Positions 28,764 through 38,213 of a stretch of DNA of 64,000 bases are shown here, piece by piece. This stretch comes from an uncultured delta proteobacterium. GTDB lineage: Bacteria > Myxococcota > Myxococcia > Myxococcales > Myxococcaceae. Location: assembly GCA_963713045.1 (NCBI GenBank), contig CAVQKE010000006.1, positions 320,001 to 384,000 on the forward strand, written 5' to 3'. The notes under the pieces were generated by a model. That model ran no database searches and was not told the DNA's origin. It was given only the letters and a program-made list of their open reading frames with translations. The translations under genes and the position numbers were made by a program. Position 1 is the first letter of the stretch. Each line of letters opens with the position of its first letter.

Positions 28764-30790
28764 GGGCGCACATCGTCTGGCACATTTTCCGGAAGGACTT
28801 GCTGGAAACGCTGCGCGACCGTCGGGCCCTCTTCACCACCCTGGTCCTGCCGATTGTCATCTACCCGCTGCTCCTCACTGCCATTGGCAGCTTCACCAGC
28901 AACAAGCGCGAAGAAATTGCCGGCCGCATCGCCCGCCTGGCCGTCTGGGGGCCGGTGCCGGAGGGGGCTGTCCAGGCAGTCCTTCAAGACAAGGCCACCC
29001 TGGTGGGGCGGGAAGCGTCGGTGCCGGCCAATGCCGTGGAGCGCGCCCGCAAGGCGGTGGCCGACAAGCAGCTGGACGTGGTGCTGGTGACGCCCGACGC
29101 CGCCTTGGGCCCCAGCATCCCGGTGCAGGTGTACGGCGACTCCACCCAGCTGGAATCCGAGGCCATGCAGCAGCGCGTCCTGACGGCCCTGCGCAAGCAT
29201 GAGGCCAAGCTTCTGGAGGAACGGATGGTGGCGCTCGGCCAGCCGGCCGTCAGCGCCCAGCCGTTGGTGGTGGAGGAGGCGGATTTGTCCAGCAGCGCTC
29301 GGCGGGCGGCTTCGCTGGTGGGCAGCATTCTGCCCTACCTGGTGCTGGTGCTTCTGGCCTCGTCGGCCTTCTATTCGGCCATTGACTTGACGGCCGGCGA
29401 GAAGGAACGCGGCACGCTGCAGACGCTTCTGACTGCCCCGGTGCACGCCCTGGAAGTGGTGGCCGGCAAGTACCTCACCATTGTCGCCATGACGATGGTG
29501 GCCGCCCTGGCCAACATCGGCTCGCTCAGCCTGGCCATCGGCCGGCTGCTTTCGGCGGAGGGCGGTGAGGCCAGCTTCCATATGACTCTGGGCGTGGGCC
29601 TGGCCCTCTTCTTCACCCTGGTGCCGGCGGCGCTGCTGTTGGCCGCGCTCTTCATCTCGGTGGGCGTCATGGCCCGCACCTACAAGGAGGGGCAGAGCTA
29701 CCTGATGCCCCTGCTGCTGCTGGTGGTGTTTGCCGCCACTGTCAGCACCCTGCCCGGCGTCGAACTGACGCCGGCGCTGGCCCTGGTGCCGCTGACCAAC
29801 GTCGCCCTCCTGATGCGGGAACTTCTCGACGGCCGGGCGAGTCTGGGGCTGGGCAGCCTGGTGCTCATCAGCAGCTTGGCCTACGCGGCCCTGGGGGTGG
29901 TGCTGGCTGCGCGGGTGTTTGAAACGGAGCAAGTGCTGCTGTCCGGGGAGAAGCCGTGGAAGGACGTCTTCGCCCGCAAGGCCAAGGGCGGCTTCACGCC
30001 GGGCAATACCGTCTTCTTCATCGCGCTGTTGGTGGTGGTGGTGTTTTACGCAAGCCTGCCTCTCATGGGCGCCGTCACCCGGGAGCAAGTCGGCCGGGCC
30101 ATCGCGCTTTCTCAGGTTGGCTTCTTCCTTTTGCCCTCGGTGGCCTGGGCGCTGGCCCTGCGCGTCCCTTTGGCAGACGCCTTTCAGCTGCGGCTGCCCT
30201 CACCCCGCGGCTTGGCCGGCGCGGCCCTGTTGGGACTTGGGGGTTGGGCGGTGGGGCTACTGACGGGCAGCCTGGTGTCCAACTTCCAAGGGGCACGCGA
30301 CTACGGCGAGCAGCTGGGGAATTTACTGGGCAAGCACGGGCCCCTCTCGCTGACTGCCGCGGTGCTGCTGGTGGGGGTGCTTCCGGCGCTGTGCGAGGAG
30401 GCCACCTTCCGCGGGGTGGTGCTGACGGGCCTGGCGCGCTCCGGTTCGGGCGTCCTGGCGGTGGTGGGAAGCGCATTGGCCTTCGGCCTCTTCCACGTCA
30501 ACCCGTGGCACATTTTGGCGGCGACGGTGCTGGGTTTGGTGCTGGGCTACGCTGCCTACCAGTCGCGCAGCCTCCTTCCCGGAGTCCTGATGCACGGCAT
30601 AAGCAATTCGCTGCAAATGGTGATGGTGCGGGTGCCGGCAGTGAAGGACGTCTTCTCCTCCTGGACGGCCATCGGCGTAGGCTTGGCGCTGACGGCCCTC
30701 GCCCTGTGGCTGCTCACCGGAAGCGGCCGGCCGAAGGCGGCGGCCACGGCCCGCCTGACTGGCCGCACGGCCGAGGAGGTGCACCCGTGA
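28760..30790 (+). CDS. NatB-like ABC-2 permease fused to a CPBP (CAAX/Abi) intramembrane protease
   Basis: ETLRDRR and AGEKERGTLQTLL (NatB). C-terminal CEEATFRG, FGLFH and HGISN (CPBP motifs). Confidence 0.88.
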   Translation: MRAHIVWHIFRKDLLETLRDRRALFTTLVLPIVIYPLLLTAIGSFTSNKREEIAGRIARLAVWGPVPEGAVQAVLQDKATLVGREASVPANAVERARKAVADKQLDVVLVTPDAALGPSIPVQVYGDSTQLESEAMQQRVLTALRKHEAKLLEERMVALGQPAVSAQPLVVEEADLSSSARRAASLVGSILPYLVLVLLASSAFYSAIDLTAGEKERGTLQTLLTAPVHALEVVAGKYLTIVAMTMVAALANIGSLSLAIGRLLSAEGGEASFHMTLGVGLALFFTLVPAALLLAALFISVGVMARTYKEGQSYLMPLLLLVVFAATVSTLPGVELTPALALVPLTNVALLMRELLDGRASLGLGSLVLISSLAYAALGVVLAARVFETEQVLLSGEKPWKDVFARKAKGGFTPGNTVFFIALLVVVVFYASLPLMGAVTREQVGRAIALSQVGFFLLPSVAWALALRVPLADAFQLRLPSPRGLAGAALLGLGGWAVGLLTGSLVSNFQGARDYGEQLGNLLGKHGPLSLTAAVLLVGVLPALCEEATFRGVVLTGLARSGSGVLAVVGSALAFGLFHVNPWHILAATVLGLVLGYAAYQSRSLLPGVLMHGISNSLQMVMVRVPAVKDVFSSWTAIGVGLALTALALWLLTGSGRPKAAATARLTGRTAEEVHP

Positions 30791-31206
30791 AGCGGCTGTC
30801 CGCGTCCCTGCTGCTTCTCGCCCTGGTGGCCTGTCACACCGCCCCGCCAACGCGTTCCGCCACCCGCAAGGGCATTTTCAGCGGCACCGTCACCTACCGG
30901 GAAAAGCTGGCCCTGCCTGCCAATGCCCAGGTGTCGGTGCGGGTGTGGGACGCAATGCTGCCGCCGGACGTGGCGACGGTGGGCCAGGCGGACTTCCAGG
31001 CCCTGGGGAAGCAGGTGCCGCTGCCGTTCGAAGTTTTCTTTGAGCCGGCTCTCATTCAGTACAGCCACACCTACGGCGCGCGGGCCAGCATTTCCGTCGA
31101 CGGGGTGGTGTGGTTTCAGAGTGAAGCGCCGGTACCCGTCCTCACCCAAGGCGCCCCGGCGGTGGACGTGGTGCTGATGCTGAAGCGCGTCGCGCCACCG
31201 CCTTAA
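30787..31206 (+). CDS. YbaY family lipoprotein
   Basis: Lipobox LVAC; GTVTYREKLALP, QVPLPF and YGARASI motifs. Confidence 0.8.
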   Translation: MKRLSASLLLLALVACHTAPPTRSATRKGIFSGTVTYREKLALPANAQVSVRVWDAMLPPDVATVGQADFQALGKQVPLPFEVFFEPALIQYSHTYGARASISVDGVVWFQSEAPVPVLTQGAPAVDVVLMLKRVAPPP

Positions 31207-31670
31207 ATGACGGAGGGCGGCTCGAAAATGCCGGAGGCGGTGGGCGACCACCGCATGGCGACGGCCTCGCCGGGGCAGGCTTTGAAGAGGGCGGAGGATT
31301 GAATTTCAGCGGGCACCTCCCGCCGCTTCAACCGGACGAAGCCGAAGCGCGGGAAGTAGTCCGAGGCGTTGGTGGTGAGGAGAAACACCTCGCGCAGCCC
31401 CTGCTCCACCGCCTCCTCGAGGAGTTGCCAGGTGAGACGGCTGCCGATGCCGGTGCCTTCGGATTCTGGCTGGACGGCCAGCGAGCGCAGAAGGCCGAGG
31501 CGTCCATGCACCTCGAGGCCGCCGGTGCCCAGCACCGTCCCCTCGCCATCGGCCACCCAGAAACGGTGGAGATGTTCCTCGAGGCCGTCCAGCGGCAGCC
31601 CCCGCTCCAGCAGCAGGGCCTCCACCGGCGCCATGTCCTCTGGCTGGGCTCTGCGCAGGGTGACGTCCAA
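31203..31670 (-). CDS. GNAT N-acetyltransferase, ArsN2-like
   Basis: LLRSLAV, GTGIG, FLLTTNA.DYF.RFGF and CP..AVAM motifs. AGGAGG RBS before TTG at 31670. Confidence 0.8.
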   Translation of the reverse strand: MDVTLRRAQPEDMAPVEALLLERGLPLDGLEEHLHRFWVADGEGTVLGTGGLEVHGRLGLLRSLAVQPESEGTGIGSRLTWQLLEEAVEQGLREVFLLTTNASDYFPRFGFVRLKRREVPAEIQSSALFKACPGEAVAMRWSPTASGIFEPPSVI

Positions 31671-31879
31671 CCGTCCTCCTTCTTGGCCCAGTCCCCCCCC
31701 GGGGCTGTGCCACCAGATGTCTGTTGAGGCGCGCACCCTTTGCGGCACGCCCGACTGCAAACTTTCTACCGACGGAACAGCCCACTTCCCCGAAGGCCAA
31801 GCACCTAAACAGTTGGCCGCGCGACTTCAGCGCCACTTTAGCGAAGAAAGACGTTGACGCTGCGCGGGCCATCCACCGC

Positions 31880-32034
31880 GCATTGGCGGGGTCCCCCAAG
31901 CCCCAGTACGAAAAAGGGTGAGAAGGGCCACCCTCCGCGCACCCCGACGGCGGCTGTCGCACACTTGTGTGACGCGTCGGGGCAGGGGAGGTGGCACCCC
32001 TTTGTGGGGGACTGGCCGCGCTGTTTGCCAGTGC
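31880..32034 (+). ncRNA. Candidate structured non-coding element: 155-nt imperfect rod-like hairpin
   Basis: Five nested stems around an apex at ~31965, in a ~560-bp gap with no convincing gene. G-U pairs favour the + strand. Confidence 0.35.
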
Positions 32035-32229
32035 CAGCACCGACAGAGGAGCGCTTCTTCTAGGAAGTGGCGGCCACGCGGTACCGCCGGGTGCACCCCT
32101 CGAAAAGCACCGCCTTCGCGTGGAGAAGCTGCCGCGGCACATTGGGACACAGACGTCGCTCGCCCCGGCCGTTTCCGGGCCGTGACGCCGGTCCGCTGGG
32201 GCGTGGTGCGGCGGCAGAGGCCCCAGGCC

Positions 32230-32994
32230 CTACGCGCGCCGTCGGCCGTGGGATTCCTCGGCCAGCTCCGCGTCCATCTCGGCCTTGGCGGCCACCAGGC
32301 GTGCGCGAACTTCTTCGCGGAAGGCCGCCACGTCCGTCCCAAAGGCGAGGGGGTCCAGCGGTTCAAGCACCCGGGCCCGGCAGTTGGCGCGCTGGCGCAG
32401 CACCCAGCCGTGCTTGGGGAGGACATCGGCCGTGCCGGCAAGGGCGATGGGGTACAGGGGGCAGCGCTTGGCGATGGCCAGACGGAAGGCCCCGTCTTTG
32501 AAAGCCTTCAGCTGGCCATCCGGCGAGCGTGTCCCCTCCGGGAAGAGGAGGACGGGGACGCCTTTGTCGAGCCACGCTTCGCTGGCCGCCACCATCCGCG
32601 CAATGCTGTCCGGGTCCCCCCGGACGAGGGGGATGTAGCGGTTGAGGCTCATGTTCCAGCCGATGAAGGGCAGCCGGAAGTTGCTGGCCTTACTCACCCA
32701 TTTGAAGGGCCGGTACAGCCCGAAGAGGACGAGAATGTCGGCCAGGCTGGCGTGGTTACTCACCAGCACTGCGGCGCCGTGCCAGGGCAGCTTCTCGCGG
32801 CCCTCCACCCGCAGGCGCCAGGCAGGGTTGAGATAGAAGAAGAGCTGCGCCCAGAAGCAGGAGTACAGGTGCAGCACGCGGCCGTTTCTGTCGAAGGGGG
32901 CCGTCAACAGCCAGACGACAAGCCCGCCGACAAACAGCGGGAATTGGCTCACCGCGAAGAAGGCCCAGAAGAGTCCTGAGAGGACGGCCTTCAT
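32230..32994 (-). CDS. Lysophospholipid acyltransferase (PlsC family)
   Basis: NHASLAD (HxxxxD), FPEGTRS and FKDGAF motifs. Confidence 0.9.
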   Translation of the reverse strand: MKAVLSGLFWAFFAVSQFPLFVGGLVVWLLTAPFDRNGRVLHLYSCFWAQLFFYLNPAWRLRVEGREKLPWHGAAVLVSNHASLADILVLFGLYRPFKWVSKASNFRLPFIGWNMSLNRYIPLVRGDPDSIARMVAASEAWLDKGVPVLLFPEGTRSPDGQLKAFKDGAFRLAIAKRCPLYPIALAGTADVLPKHGWVLRQRANCRARVLEPLDPLAFGTDVAAFREEVRARLVAAKAEMDAELAEESHGRRRA

Positions 32995-33084
32995 GAAGGA
33001 CTTTCCTTAGCCCAAGCGCGCGCTCGAAGCGAGCCTTCGATGGCCCAAGCCGTCCTCCGTGGCTAGACTTTCCGCAACGTTCGA

Positions 33085-33324
33085 ATGCCGGAAAAGCAAA
33101 GCACCGATGCCAGCACCGGAGCGGAGCGGGCCGCGGCCCGCGACCTTCTCGTCAGCTACCGAGATGGCCTTCTGCCCCTCGAGTCGCTCATCTTCTGGGC
33201 GGAAGAACTCGAAGCGAGCGCGCCGACGGACGCCTGGTTGCGCCGGACCGCGGAGAGCCTCGCCGACCCGCTCCTCTGCCATGAGCGGGCGATGGCCTTC
33301 GTCCGTGACCTCCTCGAAGACTAG
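33085..33324 (+). CDS. Small hypothetical protein (79 aa)
   Basis: Protein-like acidic, helical composition with G/C-ending codons; fills an otherwise empty gap. Confidence 0.5.
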   Translation: MPEKQSTDASTGAERAAARDLLVSYRDGLLPLESLIFWAEELEASAPTDAWLRRTAESLADPLLCHERAMAFVRDLLED

Positions 33325-33537
33325 AACCCATCATGAAGCTGGAGGCTTGCGGAGTTGAGTCGCTCCGGGACCGGGAAATCAGCGGGCCTCTGGCAACCTG
33401 TGCAACCGGGAGGGACCGAGGAACCCTGGACGCAGCCGGGACGATGGGGATTGGACAGCCCGGCGACGCCGTTGGGGCCATGCTCGCCAAGCCCCCGGGT
33501 CGGCCTGCGGGGGAACCGTGGCCGCGGGCATTTGCCG

Positions 33538-33843
33538 CTACTGCACTGCGTCTTTGACAGTCACCGCAAACCCGTCTGGGTCGGTGCAATCGACCTCAGG
33601 CAGTTGCGGGAACACCATGCCAACACTCAACTGAGGCGATTGGAAGTCGGACGGCATCGACACGCCGCAGCCCGTGGGGAAGCGGATGGTCACGCCTCTC
33701 CGCCCGGCGATGGCAATCGTCTTGCCAGGGACTTCGACTGTCATTTCACCGGTGATTGCGGTCCTGACCACAACCCAAGCGGTCGATGACTGCCCGCAGC
33801 CACACAGAAGGATGAGAGCGGCCCAGCCCATTGTTCTCCGCAT
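33538..33843 (-). CDS. Hypothetical lipoprotein (101 aa)
   Basis: AGGAG RBS, basic N-terminus, hydrophobic stretch and lipobox-like LCGC. Confidence 0.5.
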   Translation of the reverse strand: MRRTMGWAALILLCGCGQSSTAWVVVRTAITGEMTVEVPGKTIAIAGRRGVTIRFPTGCGVSMPSDFQSPQLSVGMVFPQLPEVDCTDPDGFAVTVKDAVQ

Positions 33844-34115
33844 CGGTGCTCTCCTGCAGACGTCAATGCGAGCTTAGGTCTCCTCAACCCATCTCGAAAG
33901 AGTGTCCGGCAAGTGGGATGGCAGCGGCCGCAGGCCGTAGGGCGGATGCCGTGTGGCAGGCGGACCAACGCAGGCAATAGGGGCGGAGCTCCAGGGTGGG
34001 CTGTCACAAGCACTTAGTCACGTCCGCCGCTTATGACCCGGACATTTACAAAGCTACTACAGGGCTGCAGGGTGGGCTTGCCCCCTACGCCGCCGCGCTG
34101 ACAGCATGCGTGGCC

Positions 34116-34406
34116 ATGACGTTTCTCGTTCTTGGCTACGACGGGGCAGACCCAGAAGCCCCGGCCCGACGCGCCGCAGCCCGCAGTGCGCACCTCGCCA
34201 CCGCCCAGCGCCTCAAGACGGCAGGGCACTTCCTCGAGGGAGGCGCCATTGTCGACGACGCTGGGAAAATGGTGGGCTCGATGCTGCTGATGGAGTTCCC
34301 CACCCGTGCCGAGCTCGACGCCTGGCTGGTCTCCGACGCCTATTCGGTGGGCGGCGTCTGGAAGGACGTCACCGTGCGTCCCTTCCGCCGCGTCCACTTC
34401 GACTAA
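34116..34406 (+). CDS. YciI family protein
   Basis: RR.AAR.AHL, GGAI, GSML and D.Y..GGVW pattern. Confidence 0.85.
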   Translation: MTFLVLGYDGADPEAPARRAAARSAHLATAQRLKTAGHFLEGGAIVDDAGKMVGSMLLMEFPTRAELDAWLVSDAYSVGGVWKDVTVRPFRRVHFD

Positions 34407-34616
34407 GGCGCAGGACACCAACCGCCGGCACCTCGAGGACGCGCTTCATCGTCCCCTTCCCAGTCACACCTTGAGGCGGAAGAGGAATCTGGCGGGTCCA
34501 GCAGTCCGCAGAAGCACGTCGAAATGTTCGCGCCCCGCCGCTTGCCCCTGTTGAGACGTCGGTGCGACGCTGGACAACTGACAACCTTTGCAAACATCCG
34601 TCGTCTGGGGGTGTGA

Positions 34617-37133
34617 GTGAGCGGAGAGAGGGACGCCGGGGGCGCGGCAGGCCGCGCCGACTCCCCGGCTGATGAGGCGGCTTCGAAGACAGTGGTGCGC
34701 CCCAAGACGGATGAAACCCTCGGGCTCGCAGAGTCCGGCCAAGACACGCCCGCCAGCGCGGGTGGGGACTTGCCGCGTCTTCGGCCGGGCGAGCAACTGG
34801 CTGGACGCTTCGTGGTGCTGCGGTTCATCGCCCGCGGCGGAATGGGCGCAGTCTACGAAGCCAATGACGTCATGCTGCACACCCGGGTGGCTCTCAAAGT
34901 CCTCCAGGGCCAGGTAACCGCAGATGCGGCGGCCATGGAGCGCTTCCAACGCGAGGTGCTTCTGGCGCGCCGCGTTTCCCACCCCCACGTCTGCCGCGTC
35001 TATGAATTTTACCAGTCGACGACGGCCGGCGGCGTCCCGATTCACTTTCTCACCATGGAGTACCTGGAGGGAGAGACGCTGGCCTCGCGCATCGCCCGCA
35101 CCGGGCGGCTTTCGACGGCAGAAGCGCTGCCGTTGGTGACGCAGATGTGCGAAGGCCTGGCCGCTGCCCACGCCGAAGGCGTCATCCACCGCGACTTCAA
35201 AAGCGCCAATGTCATGCTGGTTCAGCGTCCGGGCGACTCCGGCAGCGCGACGCGGGTGGTCATCACCGACTTTGGCATCGCGCGTGTCTTCGAAGGTGGC
35301 GCCGAAGCGCCTGCCCCGGGCCTCACCGGAGGCGCTGGCATCCTCGGGACGCCTGAGTACATGGCGCCGGAGCAGGTGACGGGCGGCACCGTCTCACCGG
35401 CGACGGACGTCTACGCGCTGGGCATTGTCCTTTATGAAATGGTCACCGGCCGGCTGCCTTTCTCCGGGGAGACGCCGTTGGCCACTGCGGCCCGTCGCAT
35501 CAATGAGGCGGCTCCTCGCCCGGAGCTTGCGGCCCCTGGCCTGGATTCCCGCTGGAGTCAGACCATTCTCCGCTGTTTGGACCGCGACCCCCGGCGACGT
35601 TTTCAAAACGCCGCGGATGTCCCACCGGCCCTCTCCAAGGTGAGGGGGAGGCCAAGCTGGCTTCTGCCAAGCGCGGTGGCGCTCCTCCTGGTGGCTGTGC
35701 TCGCCCTGGGGATTCGGGTTTTGCAGCGGGCAACGACGCCGGCAGTGGCGCCGGCGGCGTCGGTGGCCGCACAGCCCTCCATCGCCGTCCTGGCCTTTGC
35801 AGACATGAGCCCCGAGCACAACCAGGAGTACTTCTCCGACGGCTTGGCCCAGGAAATTATTGATGCCTTGGCCCAAATCCCTGGGCTGCATGTCGCCGCT
35901 CGCTCCTCCTCCTTTTCCTTCAAAGGCAAGAACGAGGACCTGCGCACTGTGGGGCAAAAGCTGGACGTGGCCAATGTCCTCGAAGGCAGCGTCCGCAAGT
36001 CAGGCTCCCATTTGCGCGTGACCGCGCAGCTGGTGAATGCAGCCAGCGGCTATCAGCTGTGGTCGCAGACGTTCGACCGCGAGTTGGCCGACGTCTTCGC
36101 GGTGCAGGACGAGATTTCACACGCGGTGGTGTCCGCTCTGAAATTAAAAGTCCTTCCCAACACCGATGCGGCGGCACCTCGACCGGTGACCAACCCCGAG
36201 GCGTACACCCACTACCTCCGCGGGCTGCAGCTGGAGAACACCGGGTCCGCCTCCGGGCTGCAGGGCGCGGTGGAGGAATACCGACGCGCCCTGGTCCTGG
36301 ACCCAAGTTACGCGCCGGCCCACGCCCGGCTGGCCTGGGCACTTTTCTGGTACGCGAACACCTTTGGGACGGATGAGCAGCAGATGAGGCAGGAGGCCAT
36401 GGCGGAGGCTCAGCGCGCCGTGGAGCTCGACCCCAGCAGGGGCGATGGGTACCTGGCGCGAGGGTTTCTGAGGACTGCCACCGCCCGTGATTTCGCCGGC
36501 GCTCGCGAAGACTTGGGACGTGCGGTCGCTCTCAGCCCGGGGGACGCGCGAGCGCGAACTTGGCTCGCGGTCAACAAGGCATCCTTCGGCCAGCTGCCAG
36601 AGGCCATTTCCGCCGCGGAAAGTGCGCTCCAGCTCGACCCTCTCTCGGCGGAGACGCGTCAGCGGCTCGGCAGCCTGTACAACGCCGCGGGCCAGTATGC
36701 CGAGGCGCGAGAGACACTGAAGAAGGCGTTGGACATCGCCCCGCACAATTCTTCGGTGGTGCGGGAGCTGGCCTTCACGGAACTCTTCGATGGCCACCCA
36801 CAGAAGACGCTGGCCCTGCTTGGCCAGAGCGACGTTGCGTGGATGAGGGACCTCGGAAATGCAGTTGCCAACCACAGCCTGGGAAATGCTGTGGCTTCCC
36901 AAGCGGCCCTTCAGCACCTCATCGCCAACTTCAGTGGCGGCGCCCCGTACCAGATTGCGGAGGTGTACGCCTGGCGGGGTCAGCGCGACCTGGCCATCGA
37001 GTGGCTGGCGAAGGCGGTCGCGGGCGATGACCCCGGTGTTGGCTACATCAACTATGACCCTTTCATGCGCCCCTTGCGCAGCGACCCGCGCTTCAAGGCC
37101 ATGCTCCAGTCGCTGAAGCTGCCGACGGACTGA
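34617..37133 (+). CDS. Ser/Thr kinase with TM helix, TolB-N-like domain and TPR repeats
   Basis: [16 protein letters not shown] and YMAPE; then SIAVLAF.DMS...[14 protein letters not shown]; TPRs at the C-terminus. Confidence 0.9.
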   Translation: MSGERDAGGAAGRADSPADEAASKTVVRPKTDETLGLAESGQDTPASAGGDLPRLRPGEQLAGRFVVLRFIARGGMGAVYEANDVMLHTRVALKVLQGQVTADAAAMERFQREVLLARRVSHPHVCRVYEFYQSTTAGGVPIHFLTMEYLEGETLASRIARTGRLSTAEALPLVTQMCEGLAAAHAEGVIHRDFKSANVMLVQRPGDSGSATRVVITDFGIARVFEGGAEAPAPGLTGGAGILGTPEYMAPEQVTGGTVSPATDVYALGIVLYEMVTGRLPFSGETPLATAARRINEAAPRPELAAPGLDSRWSQTILRCLDRDPRRRFQNAADVPPALSKVRGRPSWLLPSAVALLLVAVLALGIRVLQRATTPAVAPAASVAAQPSIAVLAFADMSPEHNQEYFSDGLAQEIIDALAQIPGLHVAARSSSFSFKGKNEDLRTVGQKLDVANVLEGSVRKSGSHLRVTAQLVNAASGYQLWSQTFDRELADVFAVQDEISHAVVSALKLKVLPNTDAAAPRPVTNPEAYTHYLRGLQLENTGSASGLQGAVEEYRRALVLDPSYAPAHARLAWALFWYANTFGTDEQQMRQEAMAEAQRAVELDPSRGDGYLARGFLRTATARDFAGAREDLGRAVALSPGDARARTWLAVNKASFGQLPEAISAAESALQLDPLSAETRQRLGSLYNAAGQYAEARETLKKALDIAPHNSSVVRELAFTELFDGHPQKTLALLGQSDVAWMRDLGNAVANHSLGNAVASQAALQHLIANFSGGAPYQIAEVYAWRGQRDLAIEWLAKAVAGDDPGVGYINYDPFMRPLRSDPRFKAMLQSLKLPTD

Positions 37134-37156
37134 CGGGCGTCGAGGCAGGCGGCGCC

Positions 37157-38134
37157 TTAGGGGCCGCAGGTGGGCGCCTCATCCGTCGGGTAAAACGTGG
37201 CGATGCCGTAGCTGCCATTCCGCGTCCCGCACCAAATGCGGTACGGCACTCCGCCCAAGTCCGAAGCGGCGTAGACGCCCCCGTCCTTGCTGCCGCCAGT
37301 GCGGTGACAGCACCGGGCAAAGGCCCGCGTGCCGAGGGCCAGCACCGCGACGGCGTCATGCTGCGCCGTGAAGCCGCCGACGCGCTTTTTGCCGCAGCCC
37401 CAAGGGGAGACGGCGGCAAAGCGGAAGGTGTACTGGCCCTGCTGCAGCACCTGCTTGCCCGGCACCGGCCCGCCGAAGCACAGCTTTCCTTCGGCTTCCA
37501 GCTGCGCGTAGCGCGGCAGGAAGTGCAGCCCCCCAATGGCGGCCCGTGTCCAGTCATCCCCACAGAAGACGTGGGTGAAGGCATTGCGAGGGCCGGTGCC
37601 CACCCACAGGGACGCCAACCACTCCACGTTGGCCGCCCTGTCTCCAGGGCGACCGGCCGCGGACAGTGCGCGCTGTAGCCTTTCGTCGTCGAGGTGCGCC
37701 GCAACAAAGCGGCGCACGTCCTCCAGGGTGGCCGAAGCGTCTGGCCGGGCCGGGCACATGGCCAGCACTTCCCTGTCCGTCGCGGTGAGAACCGGAGGCG
37801 CGGGGAACAGGGGTGGACTTGTGCATTGGGTAAGACAGTGGCCGTTGCCTCCCGGCGCAGGCCCTGGCTGGCCGCCGGCGGGCGGGCCAGCGGCTTCGCA
37901 CCACACCCAGCCCGGCGCGCCCCCGGACGAAGGGGCCAACTTGCACCAGGCGCCCCCGGGGCCTCCGCGCTTCAACAGCAGGTAGGACGTCCCGGCCTGC
38001 ACCTGGAAGACGACGTGGTGGCTGCCCGGTTGCTCCACCGCCTCCGCCGCCTGCGGCGCCACGTAGGTGGCGCTGTCCGCCTGGGCGAGCGTCCCGAGGA
38101 GGCAGAGGAGGAAAACCAGCCGGCGCGTCGTCAT
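37157..38134 (-). CDS. Secreted bacterial EndoU-family nuclease with SH3-like N-terminal domain
   Basis: Signal peptide (AQA-D), GWVWC, then FTHVFCG..IGGLHF and C-terminal TFYP typical of bacterial EndoU domains. Confidence 0.7.
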   Translation of the reverse strand: MTTRRLVFLLCLLGTLAQADSATYVAPQAAEAVEQPGSHHVVFQVQAGTSYLLLKRGGPGGAWCKLAPSSGGAPGWVWCEAAGPPAGGQPGPAPGGNGHCLTQCTSPPLFPAPPVLTATDREVLAMCPARPDASATLEDVRRFVAAHLDDERLQRALSAAGRPGDRAANVEWLASLWVGTGPRNAFTHVFCGDDWTRAAIGGLHFLPRYAQLEAEGKLCFGGPVPGKQVLQQGQYTFRFAAVSPWGCGKKRVGGFTAQHDAVAVLALGTRAFARCCHRTGGSKDGGVYAASDLGGVPYRIWCGTRNGSYGIATFYPTDEAPTCGP

Positions 38135-38213
38135 GGGGCCCCATCCACCAGGGTGCCCGGGCATGGACGAAGTGTCTACGCGGCCCGGCGGGCTTGGGAC
38201 TGAAACGGGGGGC

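Noticed and set aside
31203..31670. Arsenic resistance operon
   Set aside because: The ArsN2-like GNAT stands alone; no arsR, arsC or acr3 nearby.
31880..32034. Retron msr-msd reading of the long hairpin
   Set aside because: No reverse transcriptase gene in the window.
31740..32040. Possible sigma54 promoters (GGCAC...TGC)
   Set aside because: The GG-N10-GC spacing is off or the -12 element is missing in each candidate.
34010..34050. Possible XerCD dif site (TTATG/CATAA core)
   Set aside because: Only one half resembles the consensus; no XerD arm at the 6-bp spacing.
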